A DNA stretch of 64,000 nt from Bacteroidetes bacterium UBA5697 (GTDB lineage: Bacteria; Bacteroidota; Bacteroidia; B-17B0; Aurantibacillaceae): assembly GCA_002420145.1 (NCBI GenBank), contig DIHL01000021.1, positions 13,112 to 77,111 on the forward strand, read 5' to 3'. The position numbers and the translations under genes are program-made. Under the pieces are notes generated by a model. The model did no database searches. It was not told the DNA's origin and was given only the letters and a program-made list of their open reading frames with translations. Positions 55,101-63,191 of the stretch are shown one piece after another. How positions within the stretch are numbered: the first letter of the stretch is position 1; each line of letters begins with the position of its first letter.

Positions 55101-58100
55101 TACCAATAACATTGCAAGCGACAACACACCAATAAAAACATTAAATACTGCCGCTAGCAATAATCCGGAAGTGTTATTAAACGAACTTTCTAATGTAAAA
55201 GAAAGCTTAACAGCTAATACTAATGCCGCTAAGGATATCGTATCTTATAATAACTACAAAGAAAGTACCTCAGTAACTTTAAAGGATGCTGTCACTCAAA
55301 AATTTGAAATTGCCAAACAAAACGAAATCAACTTAAATAATCTCATTACTAGTACTGAAAGTTCTCTTCAAAATTCTTCTAATCAAAACCCTGAAATTTT
55401 ACTAAACGAAGCAGATGCTTTAAACAACAAGGCTTATGAACAAAGAAAAGAATCTGCTACTAAAACTGGAGAAGAAAAAGAAAATTTAATGAAGCAAGCA
55501 ACTGAAAACGAAAAAATTTCGGTTGAGAAAAAGCTACAAGCTTCGACATTAGCGCAAACTCAAAACAAAGCAAAATTTGATAACAATATTTTAAACCTTA
55601 CTGAATTACAAAAATTAACTGGACAAAAAACAAGTAATGAGATTTCTCAAGCTAACATGTTAATTGATGAAGCAGCTATTAACTTTAAGCAAGCTCAAAA
55701 AATTCGCCAGGAAGCTGATGCGTATCCAAATGGTGCAGCTAAACTAGGTGGCTTAAACAATGCTGAAGAAAAAGAAAATGAGGCTTTAGCAAAACAACAA
55801 AAAGCTTTAGAGATTTTAAGCAAAACAAATCCAACATATAAAGTACAACCTTTAAATACAGGGGGAGTTAATTCCACTGAATCTATTGCTAATATAAACG
55901 AACAAATTAAAAAAACATCTTTATCACAGGTTGACGCCTATTTAGCATTAAGTAAAGTCAATCAAAACGAATTAAATGCTCAAAGCAGTAAATTAGCAAA
56001 AGACCCTGCTTTTCAAAATCCTGCAAATAAACCAGCACAAGAATTAAAAACAAATGCTGATAATTTAAATAATGAAGCAAAAGTTTTAATCGGACAATCT
56101 GTTACTGCTCAAAATCCAACCGAAAAAGCAAACTTATTATTAAAAGCTAATGAAAAAGAAATAGCGGCCTTAAAAGCTTTAAATGAAGCTACCGAATTAA
56201 CTAAATCAAACACTGCTGCTATTGCTAACAACAATGTGACAAATAACAATAATGAAGTAGCTATTTCAAATAATAATAACGCCACTGAAACAAATACCGT
56301 TGCTGCCAACAATAATAATAGTAGTCGAACTAATGGAGGAAACAATGAAACCAATAATGCCTCCAACGTTACAAATAATAATGAAAACGTAACGAATAAT
56401 GCTGCTAATAATGAAAATGTAACAAACAACAACGTATCAAACAATAACGAAAATGCAAGTAATAATAATGTTACTGCTAATAACGAAACTATAACTAATA
56501 CAAACTCAAATAATACTTCTGGAAATGGAGTAAAAGATGAAGTCGCTAAAATTAAAACAGATTTAAATAATCCTAACGAATCAAAAATATTAACCTTCAA
56601 TCCATATTTAGATCAAGAAGCTTCTGATTTAAAAAACAAAGCAACCGAAAAAATTAATGCCGCTATTAGTGAAGACAAAAATATTATCGCTTCTTTAGAT
56701 AATGTGAATCAAGCTGCTAGTTCGGGCGGTTCATTAAACCAAGGAAACATTACCGCCCTTTTAAATGAAGCCGACAATTTAAATACTGAAGCATTTAATT
56801 TAAGAAAAAATGCAGCAACCAAAACAGGAACTGAAAAAGAAACAGATATTAATACTGCCAAAAACTTAGAAGCTAATGCCGTAGCAAAAAAATTAGACGC
56901 AGCTAACAAACAACAACAATTAAACACAGCTACTTATGAAGCTAATAAACAAAGTTTAGAAGAATTAGCTACCATGGCAAAAGGTAAAAACTTTGCTGAT
57001 TTAAATTCGGCAGATATGTTAACTAACGAAGCCGCTTTATTTTTAAAACAAGCTAGTAACTTAAGAACTGAAGCAAATGCTTATCCAAGTGATGCCGCAA
57101 AATTAGGTGGTTATAGTAATGCCGAAGAAAAAGAAAATCAAGCCATTGCAAAACAACAAGCCCTTTTAGATTTATACAAAAAACATTTCCCTAACTACGT
57201 TCCTAAAAAAGCAAACATTGCATCAGAGAATACAGATGCTGTAGCTAAGTTAAATGAAGCTAAAAATAACTTAAATACTAATAACCAAACACACGTTGAT
57301 GGTTTATCATTATTAATTCAAGCAAACGATAAAGAGTACAGTTCTCGTTTAAATTCAGTTCCTGCAAATTTAACTCCTGAACAAACTAATTTAAAAGATA
57401 AAGCACAAACTTCTTATAGTAAAAAAGATGCGTCTGTTGCAAAAGCAAATCAAACAAATGATTTAAGTGTCAAGAAAAATTTATTAATTGAAGCCAACAA
57501 ACATGGAGTGGAAGCTTTAAGTAACTTAAATAAAATCACTAATCCAGACGCTGCTGCAATTACTTTCTCAAACGAAAACGAATCAAATACCACTATTGCA
57601 AATAACGCCAACAATAACAACGCTACAAACAATAATGTAGCTACTAATAACGCAAACAATAACAACGTAACTAATAACAATGCTGCCAATAATAATGCAG
57701 CAAACAACAACGCCACTAACAATAATGCGACAAATAATAATGTAACTAACAATAACGCAAACAATAATACGTCCACTAACAATACAAATGCAACTAACGC
57801 TACAAATACAAACGCAACTAACGCTACAAATACAAACGCAACTAATACTACTAAAATAAAAGTAGAAGGTTTAGAAGTTAAAAATAACAATGCATACACT
57901 GCAGCTAAGCCAATTCCTATTGACGAAAAAATGCCTGATGGCCTTGTATTTAAAGTGCAAATTGGAGCCTTTAAAACACCTTTACCAAATAATACATTTA
58001 AAGGTTTAAGTCCAGTAGTTGGGCAAACAACTCCTAATGGCTACATTCGTTATATGGCTGGTAATTTCGAACAATATAATAGTGCTAATGCTGTTAAAAA

Positions 58101-59112
58101 CGATTTACGCAATTTAGGCTATAATGATGCCTTTGTAGTAGCCTACTATAACGGTGTTCGTATTAATTTAAACGAGGCTACTGAAAAAGCTAAAGCAGCA
58201 GGACAAACGGTTGAACCTACTGCAAATACTAGCGCTGGTTTAACAAGCAATGCTAATGTTCCTAAAAACACATTTACACCAGCTACAACTAATAACGTTG
58301 CTACTAACAATACAATAGATACACAACCAGCTGAAATTACCAACGAGTTAGAAAAAATGAATGGCTTGTTATACACTGTTCAAATTGGTGTTTACTCAAA
58401 ACAAGTTACACGTGGGCAATTATACAATTTAAAACCTATTTACTCTGAAAGATTACCTAACGGATTATACAGATACACAGCAGGTATTTATAACCAATCT
58501 AGTAAACTATTGGAAGATAAACGTAAAGTAGTTGATCTTGGAGTAAAAGATGCCTTTGTATCTGCTTATTACAATGCTAAACGTATTCCATTTGCTGAGG
58601 GACAAAAACTACAAACAGAAAACAATAATTTGAAAATGGAAACTGAAAATCCAATTATTTTTAATGGTGCTTCAGTTCCTACTCCAACTGCTACTAATAG
58701 CAATTCAGTCATTGTTATTGATATGAATAGCATTCCTGGTCCAGGTGCTACTAATACACCATCTGTTACTCCATTTACAAATGGCGTTACGAGTGGCCCA
58801 ACTCCTACTGCTGATAATGGTGTAAAAACAGATGATGCTGGTATTTCATATAAAGTGCAAATTGGAGCTTACAAAAACCAAGTGCCAAATGAGGTAGCTT
58901 CTAAATTCTTAAATATTAAAACATGGCCTGTGCAAAATGTGGTTATAAACGGACTATATATATACACCATTGGTAATTTTACTTCGGCAGCCTTTGCTAA
59001 AAAATTAAAAGATGAAGCTGTTGCTGTAGGTATAAACGATGCTTACATCACCGTTTATAAAGACGGTAAAAAATTATATGGCGCTGAGGCTACTCAATAT
59101 CTTACTAGATAA
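52165..59112 (+). CDS. Giant (2315 aa) envelope protein: signal peptide, TPR, PD40 beta-propeller repeats, CarboxypepD_reg-like domain, ~1400-aa Asn/Lys/Glu-rich coiled-coil/low-complexity spacer, three C-terminal SPOR domains
   Basis: Signal peptide MRLSYLFLFLAIFYCSDSYSQ. PD40-like DEDYPFLHPNGKTLYFSS. AVIKGTVV...DYNMELPNGGKFLFTV. Three (F/Y)KVQIGA(F/Y)-type SPOR units lie at about 57940-58175, 58366-58600 and 58841-59080. Confidence 0.8.
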   Translation: MRLSYLFLFLAIFYCSDSYSQIKNEDDLKKQAEKHFEDEDYNLAYKLYAQLVSLYPKDPEYNYRLGVCMLYTEPDKKKPYSYLQIATKNPATAPKDALFYLAKTYHINYRFDEAIKLYTDYKKIGSSSSIKKLEVDREIQACKNGKRLLSNLSDLVIISKKQLNEADYYRGYDVKEIGGKLLVKPDDYKTGYDKKKKDKSVVYLPKSGERLYYSSYGEGGSNGRDIYFVNRLPNGSWSKAQILPSSINTEFDEDYPFLHPNGKTLYFSSKGHNSMGGYDVFKTTYDDGTQSWSKPENLEFPINSPDDDILFVTDSLEKTAFFSTGRYSPYGKLDVLKVNTERRPMNSAVIKGTVVKEDANQSLKSKITVKNMANGEIVGTFQAADNGDYNMELPNGGKFLFTVETPGINTQSDAVNIPVAYTLKPYKQMIAYENKILKITNYFDGKVDDENYAMMIDFIEKKAKLEVNEMEPYNNSLIKDPKNQNANNNENNLNSVSTNNPTAQGNDGNTVKNNTNKNVTNEQLLEIAKSDAKEASDEAAKLKQEAQDAFGLATQKTAESVEKQKAADEALANANSISDVVKKNEELTKANQLKEEAKIATSVANTATNMAKKLEVDASIQQKEADLTNQYISQLEAVTKNKNNKEALTKLEEIQKELDNISKQKNQSDELFTSLKAESELKQQELVNTQKKNSSISNEINAIKNETETLEKDLANETDKSIKENISAQIRELNNEIEIKNKEITANNQKINTLQNEVDGVNQELLVAAKILNESTEGINVKNNNIVYDENNNNNEVSTNNNNASTLSYEGITNKYSDKVNSPVDKTNKESITQQNEVYKNYNKEISDLIALNKNEVSKTKDATQKKKLNEEIKQLEKQKTENDKAIALNNTTIKQLDASIANNNNESNTTIVSNETSNNNNANATNTATTNAVSNNNANEVTNNNVAVTNATENNNTSITNNVISNNTETNKNQDPTVTNNIASDNTPIKTLNTAASNNPEVLLNELSNVKESLTANTNAAKDIVSYNNYKESTSVTLKDAVTQKFEIAKQNEINLNNLITSTESSLQNSSNQNPEILLNEADALNNKAYEQRKESATKTGEEKENLMKQATENEKISVEKKLQASTLAQTQNKAKFDNNILNLTELQKLTGQKTSNEISQANMLIDEAAINFKQAQKIRQEADAYPNGAAKLGGLNNAEEKENEALAKQQKALEILSKTNPTYKVQPLNTGGVNSTESIANINEQIKKTSLSQVDAYLALSKVNQNELNAQSSKLAKDPAFQNPANKPAQELKTNADNLNNEAKVLIGQSVTAQNPTEKANLLLKANEKEIAALKALNEATELTKSNTAAIANNNVTNNNNEVAISNNNNATETNTVAANNNNSSRTNGGNNETNNASNVTNNNENVTNNAANNENVTNNNVSNNNENASNNNVTANNETITNTNSNNTSGNGVKDEVAKIKTDLNNPNESKILTFNPYLDQEASDLKNKATEKINAAISEDKNIIASLDNVNQAASSGGSLNQGNITALLNEADNLNTEAFNLRKNAATKTGTEKETDINTAKNLEANAVAKKLDAANKQQQLNTATYEANKQSLEELATMAKGKNFADLNSADMLTNEAALFLKQASNLRTEANAYPSDAAKLGGYSNAEEKENQAIAKQQALLDLYKKHFPNYVPKKANIASENTDAVAKLNEAKNNLNTNNQTHVDGLSLLIQANDKEYSSRLNSVPANLTPEQTNLKDKAQTSYSKKDASVAKANQTNDLSVKKNLLIEANKHGVEALSNLNKITNPDAAAITFSNENESNTTIANNANNNNATNNNVATNNANNNNVTNNNAANNNAANNNATNNNATNNNVTNNNANNNTSTNNTNATNATNTNATNATNTNATNTTKIKVEGLEVKNNNAYTAAKPIPIDEKMPDGLVFKVQIGAFKTPLPNNTFKGLSPVVGQTTPNGYIRYMAGNFEQYNSANAVKNDLRNLGYNDAFVVAYYNGVRINLNEATEKAKAAGQTVEPTANTSAGLTSNANVPKNTFTPATTNNVATNNTIDTQPAEITNELEKMNGLLYTVQIGVYSKQVTRGQLYNLKPIYSERLPNGLYRYTAGIYNQSSKLLEDKRKVVDLGVKDAFVSAYYNAKRIPFAEGQKLQTENNNLKMETENPIIFNGASVPTPTATNSNSVIVIDMNSIPGPGATNTPSVTPFTNGVTSGPTPTADNGVKTDDAGISYKVQIGAYKNQVPNEVASKFLNIKTWPVQNVVINGLYIYTIGNFTSAAFAKKLKDEAVAVGINDAYITVYKDGKKLYGAEATQYLTR

Positions 59113-59173
59113 AAATCAATCACTAGCCCATAGGGGCTTAACATGATTAATAATCAGAATCCCCATATAACCA

Positions 59174-59277
59174 TTGCTCCATCGGAGCAAAACATTGAAA
59201 AATATACGTTTGGCTACTCTGTAGCCATATTTTATTTATATATGTTTTATTAATAAGATTTTGCTCCTCTGGAGCAA
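59174..59277 (+). repeat. Family D mini-hairpins (TTGCTCC-nnn-GGAGCAA x2, plus TGGCTAC-tct-GTAGCCA)
   Basis: The hairpins are at 59174-59190, 59211-59227 and 59261-59277. All have 7-bp stems and 3-nt loops. Confidence 0.7.
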
Positions 59278-59372
59278 TTTATGTAAAAGTTGAGTAATTT
59301 TTAATCATATCTGAACATAAAAATGCAATAAATAAACAAGCTCTGCATGGCATTATTTATTAATTTTGTAAT

Positions 59373-59660
59373 ATGATTACGAATAATTATACCGACACAG
59401 AAGAGTTACTTGAACTCGATGTCATTACAAAAGAAAAGAAAGAAAACAACATCATTTTATTTAATGATGACGTGAATACTTTTGAGTGGGTGATTGAATG
59501 CTTAACCAAATATTGCGGACATGATACCATACAAGCCGAACAATGCGCAACACTTGTGCATTATACCGGAAAGTGTGCCGTAAAGCAAGGTCCTATTAAT
59601 AAATTAAAACCTATTTGCGAAGCCCTTTTAGAAAAAGGATTAAGCGCAGAAATCAATTAA
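59373..59660 (+). CDS. clpS: ATP-dependent Clp protease adaptor ClpS
   Basis: 95 aa. LFNDDVNTFEWVIECL...H...QAEQCATLVHYTGKC is typical of ClpS. Confidence 0.85.
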   Translation: MITNNYTDTEELLELDVITKEKKENNIILFNDDVNTFEWVIECLTKYCGHDTIQAEQCATLVHYTGKCAVKQGPINKLKPICEALLEKGLSAEIN

Positions 59661-59679
59661 AATATATTTATATACAAAT

Positions 59680-59748
59680 GTCACTTCGAGCGAAGTCGAG
59701 AAGCGTTATTAAACTTCTTTTTTGTTCTCGACTCCGCTCGAACTGACA
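59680..59748 (+). repeat. Complete family A element (second full copy)
   Basis: GTCACTTCGAGCGAAGTCGAGAAGCGTT...GTTCTCGACTCCGCTCGAACTGACA. The architecture is the same as 42609-42675. Confidence 0.88.
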
Positions 59749-59762
59749 AAAAGCTTTATACT

Positions 59763-60566
59763 ATGAAAAAATTAATAATCTCTGCTTTTGTTTTAGCAGC
59801 CATATTCATTGCTTGTCAAAAAAATGCCATCACAGGTCGTCGCTCCATGAGTTTAATTCCTGAATCAGAAATGATAGGCATGAGCTTAACGGAATACGAT
59901 AAATTTTTAGCAGAACATAAACCCTTACCTGCAACCGACAAAAGAACCATTATGGTTAGAGAAGTTGGAACAAAAATTCAAAAGTCTGTAGAAAAATATT
60001 ACGCTGATAAAGGTTTAAGCTCATCATTGGATGGATTTAAATGGGATTTTAATGTGGTTGACGAAGCGGTTGTTAATGCTTGGTGCATGCCAGGTGGTAA
60101 AGTAGTAGTATACACTGGCTTATTACCTGTAACACAAGACGAAGCAAGTTTAGCGGTGGTAATGGGGCATGAAATTGCTCATGCCATTGCACGTCATGGT
60201 AACGAACGTATGAGCCAAGGGATGATGGTGCAATTTGGCGGCTTAGTATTATCAACAGCTATGCAACAAAAGCCAGCAGTTACTCAAGGCTTATTTCAGC
60301 AAGCTTATGGTTTAACTACCACTTTAGGTGTTTTAAAATATAGCCGTACTCACGAAACAGAAGCGGATAAAATGGGATTAGTATTTGCTGCCATGGGCGG
60401 TTATAATCCTGAAGCTGCCGTTAGCTTTTGGGAGAGAATGGCAGCAGCTGGTGGCGGACAAAAACCACCCGAGTTATTAAGTACTCATCCTAGCGATGCC
60501 ACTCGTATAGCTGATTTAAAAGCCTTTATGCCAGAAGCCTTGAAATACTATACGCCGGCAAAATAA
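59763..60566 (+). CDS. M48-family zinc metallopeptidase lipoprotein
   Basis: Lipobox AIFIACQ. The HExxH motif is VMGHEIAHAIARH, with a downstream E (HETEADKMG). Confidence 0.82.
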   Translation: MKKLIISAFVLAAIFIACQKNAITGRRSMSLIPESEMIGMSLTEYDKFLAEHKPLPATDKRTIMVREVGTKIQKSVEKYYADKGLSSSLDGFKWDFNVVDEAVVNAWCMPGGKVVVYTGLLPVTQDEASLAVVMGHEIAHAIARHGNERMSQGMMVQFGGLVLSTAMQQKPAVTQGLFQQAYGLTTTLGVLKYSRTHETEADKMGLVFAAMGGYNPEAAVSFWERMAAAGGGQKPPELLSTHPSDATRIADLKAFMPEALKYYTPAK

Positions 60567-60586
60567 AATACTAAAACTTTATTATA

Positions 60587-60620
60587 AAACTCATCTATCA
60601 AATAGTAGATGAGTTTTTTT
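60587..60620 (+). terminator. Rho-independent terminator after the M48 gene
   Basis: AAACTCATCTA-(8 nt)-TAGATGAGTTT followed by a T-run. Confidence 0.8.
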
Positions 60621-60751
60621 GTGCTTAAAAAATTTATATATTTATAAAAGCATAAAGATGAGTAAAACTAGAGGAATAACTCAAAATGCGTACACTTCCT
60701 CTAATAAAATTCATCATATAATTACGTTAGCAGTAATTCATCTAAACGACA

Positions 60752-61252
60752 ATGAACTTTAAGTACATAAAAATATATACGATTATAATATTGTTCATGT
60801 TGTTTTTTAGCTGTGCTAGTTCAGACAATGACAAAATCGATAACAAACAAAAAGAAATAGTAAAAACTAAGGTCGACAATTTAACATCGTTTCAAAGAGA
60901 ATGGTACGAAATGAAATCAAAATGCAATATTTTAGTTATAAAAAAATTTTATCTCGACCCTAAGACAAATGTACTTAGAACTTTTTCAGGTGAAATCTGG
61001 AAAGACTCAATAGACAATGCGCAAAAAATCAATCAATTCAGACAACTATTTACTGACTCTATTGACGGCGGTTATTGTTGTTGTCCATTTGGTCACTATT
61101 CAATTACATTTTATAAAGACACAGTTAAAATGGGGCAATACTATATTGACACGGTAGACATAGACAATAAGGCACTATTTTATGACAACAACTATCAAAC
61201 TTCGTTTCGTGTAGACCTAGCAAAATGGAATGAATTTTTGAAAAGAAAATGA
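60752..61252 (+). CDS. Hypothetical lipoprotein
   Basis: 166 aa with the lipobox LFFSCASS. No recognisable family. Confidence 0.5.
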   Translation: MNFKYIKIYTIIILFMLFFSCASSDNDKIDNKQKEIVKTKVDNLTSFQREWYEMKSKCNILVIKKFYLDPKTNVLRTFSGEIWKDSIDNAQKINQFRQLFTDSIDGGYCCCPFGHYSITFYKDTVKMGQYYIDTVDIDNKALFYDNNYQTSFRVDLAKWNEFLKRK

Positions 61253-61282
61253 ACTACTGCTAACACAATCTTAAAACAAATC

Positions 61283-62206
61283 CTATCTCAACATTGCTCC
61301 TCGTTTTGCTAAGTATGTTTGAAGAACTAAGTCAAAGCCTTGGTTAATGTCGGCCTCTACAAAATCAATTTTATATTGTCCACATTTGAGTTTAATGGCC
61401 TCCGTGTATTCATGTATTTTTTTTAAATACATCTCTTTTACTTCGTTAGGATTTAATTTTATTTCTTGCTTAGTTTCAATATCAATAAAATGATGTGGAC
61501 GATTTTCAAATTCAAAATCTAATTCCTGTTTTTTATCGGCTACATGAAATAATACCACATCATGCTTTTTATATTTTAAATGTTGCAGAGCCGAAAAAAT
61601 AGATTCTAAGTTCGATTGATCTTCGAACATATCACTAAAAATAACAACCAAAGATCGTTTATGAATAATTTCAGCTACTTGGTCTAAAGCCTTAGCCGAC
61701 TCAGTAGTTGAAGCTTCTTCATAAACAGTTTTATTTAAAAGCTCTTCTAACTCATGGTACATTAATTTTTGTTGAGTAGGATTACTTTTAGCAGGATAAT
61801 GTTTATGAATTTCTTTATCAAAAAAAGTAATACCAATGGCATCACGTTGATTTTTTAATAATTGTATTAAGGCCGCTGCAGCATAAACCGAAAATGATAA
61901 TTTATTCATCGCTCCTTCCTTTTTATCCAAAGGAAACAACATGGAGTTAGATGTGTCAATAATAATTTGGCAACGTAAATTGGTTTCTTCTTCGTAACGT
62001 TTAATAAAGAGCTTATCGGTTTTACCAAATAATTTCCAATCGATATGTTTAGTGCTTTCTCCTTTATTATAAATACGATGTTCGGCAAACTCCACCGAAA
62101 ATCCATGAAATGGACTTTTATGTAACCCTGTAATAAAACCCTCTACCACTTGTTTAGCAAGTAGCTCAAGTTTTGAGAAAGGCTCTATGAGTTCGCGGTT
62201 AATCAT
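61283..62206 (-). CDS. DUF58 (vWA-like, MoxR-associated) protein
   Basis: HKSPFHGFSVEFAEHR.Y..G......IDWK...K.....IK.YEEE is the typical DUF58 N-terminal motif. Length is 307 aa. Confidence 0.75.
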   Translation of the reverse strand: MINRELIEPFSKLELLAKQVVEGFITGLHKSPFHGFSVEFAEHRIYNKGESTKHIDWKLFGKTDKLFIKRYEEETNLRCQIIIDTSNSMLFPLDKKEGAMNKLSFSVYAAAALIQLLKNQRDAIGITFFDKEIHKHYPAKSNPTQQKLMYHELEELLNKTVYEEASTTESAKALDQVAEIIHKRSLVVIFSDMFEDQSNLESIFSALQHLKYKKHDVVLFHVADKKQELDFEFENRPHHFIDIETKQEIKLNPNEVKEMYLKKIHEYTEAIKLKCGQYKIDFVEADINQGFDLVLQTYLAKRGAMLR

Positions 62207-62273
62207 TGATATAAAAGTACGATTTAATTAGGGTTTATAAAATTCTATAAACTTAAAATTCACTAATTATTTT

Positions 62274-62411
62274 AACCACATAGATTCATAGTTTTTAAAA
62301 GAAATAGAGTTAATGAAATTAAGAGAACATAGTCGGGAAGCGATGCTTCCCTTATGTGTAGCTTAAACCATACTCTTACTTCAGCACTTTCATCTATGTT
62401 TCTATGTGGTT
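62274..62411. other. 138-nt element closed by an 18-nt imperfect inverted repeat (candidate structured ncRNA or MITE)
   Basis: AACCACATAGATTCATAG ... CTATGTTTCTATGTGGTT gives 10 bp, a 2-nt mismatch, then 5 bp. The internal hairpin is GGGAAGC-gat-GCTTCCC. The element lies between the HU terminator and the DUF58 start. Confidence 0.35.
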
Positions 62412-62452
62412 GAAAACTACCCCAACTTCCTCTCAGAGAGCTAAAATAATGC

Positions 62453-62482
62453 AACAAAAAAACCCCCCGCATTGCGGAGGGC
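62453..62482 (-). terminator. Rho-independent terminator after HU
   Basis: On the minus strand, CCCTCCGC-aat-GCGGGGGG is followed by T8. Confidence 0.8.
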
Positions 62483-62507
62483 TTCTTTGATTAATTAGTT
62501 TTGCTAA

Positions 62508-62789
62508 TTATTTTCCTTTGTTAACGTTAGTTGCTAACTCAGTACCAGCTTTAAATTTAACTACTTTTTTAGCAGCAATTTTAATTTCTTTACCAGTTTG
62601 AGGGTTACGACCAATACGTGCAGCACGTTTAGCAACTGAGAAAGAACCGAATCCTACTAAAGAAATTCTGTCTCCTTTTTTTAATGCTTTTGCAACTGCT
62701 TCGATAGTTGAATCTAATGCACGACCTGCATCAGCTTTAGTTAATTTTGATCCGTTTGCGATTGCTTCGATTAATTCTGCTTTGTTCAT
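62508..62789 (-). CDS. hup: HU-family DNA-binding protein
   Basis: 93 aa. The sequence reads [11 protein letters not shown]...[31 protein letters not shown]. Confidence 0.92.
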   Translation of the reverse strand: MNKAELIEAIANGSKLTKADAGRALDSTIEAVAKALKKGDRISLVGFGSFSVAKRAARIGRNPQTGKEIKIAAKKVVKFKAGTELATNVNKGK

Positions 62790-62835
62790 TTTGTTTTGTT
62801 TTTAAGGGTTAAACTTTTTTAAATTAATTACAATA

Positions 62836-62843
62836 CAAATGTA
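62836..62843 (-). promoter_or_regulatory. -7 box TAcaTTTG upstream of HU
   Basis: Exact TAnnTTTG match on the minus strand, 47 nt upstream of the ATG. Confidence 0.45.
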
Positions 62844-63121
62844 TACGCTAATCGCTATTTGTCAAGTGTTTTATAAAAAAAAGTGCTGGTTTTGTTAATA
62901 AAACGGCACTTTGTTAATAAATATGCCCTGTATCTCTATTATAATGGGACTTTCGCCTCCAACAAATCTCTAAAATGTCTAATAATAACCCTTTTCAACC
63001 CTCAATAAGTGTGATTTACTATTAATAAAGCGTTTACTATATATAAGTATACCTTATATAATATGTACATATATATACGTAAAGAAATTCTTGTTATTAT
63101 TTTTCATTCACTTCTCTACTC

Positions 63122-63155
63122 CCTGTCTGCCGACAAGGCAGGCGCTCGAAGTGAC
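63122..63155. repeat. Chimeric repeat: family C palindrome fused to a truncated family A arm
   Basis: CCTGTCTGCCGACAAGGCAGG is 17/21 identical to 20473-20493. It overlaps by one base (63142) with GCGCTCGAAGTGAC, the complement of GTCACTTCGAGCGC. The element lies just downstream of fmt. Confidence 0.7.
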
Positions 63156-63191
63156 ATGCCTTGAAATGCAGTAATAACAAACAATTACAGA

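Noticed and set aside
57590-57850. Short tandem and near-tandem repeats considered as a CRISPR-like or non-coding array
   Set aside because: They lie in frame inside a continuous 6.9-kb ORF, encode poly-Asn/Thr/Ala and have no spacer-repeat periodicity. They are not a CRISPR array.
54756-57899. Minus-strand ORFs of 134-163 aa inside the giant gene (54756-55160, 56109-56600, 57450-57899, plus shorter ones)
   Set aside because: They are antisense to a 7-kb open frame and consist of Leu/Val/Phe-rich low-complexity sequence. That sequence mirrors the Asn/Lys/Glu-rich sense strand, so they are compositional artefacts.
62272-62472. 66-aa minus-strand ORF between DUF58 and HU
   Set aside because: It runs through the HU terminator hairpin and the inverted-repeat element. 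It has no plausible start context, so the region is better explained as non-coding.
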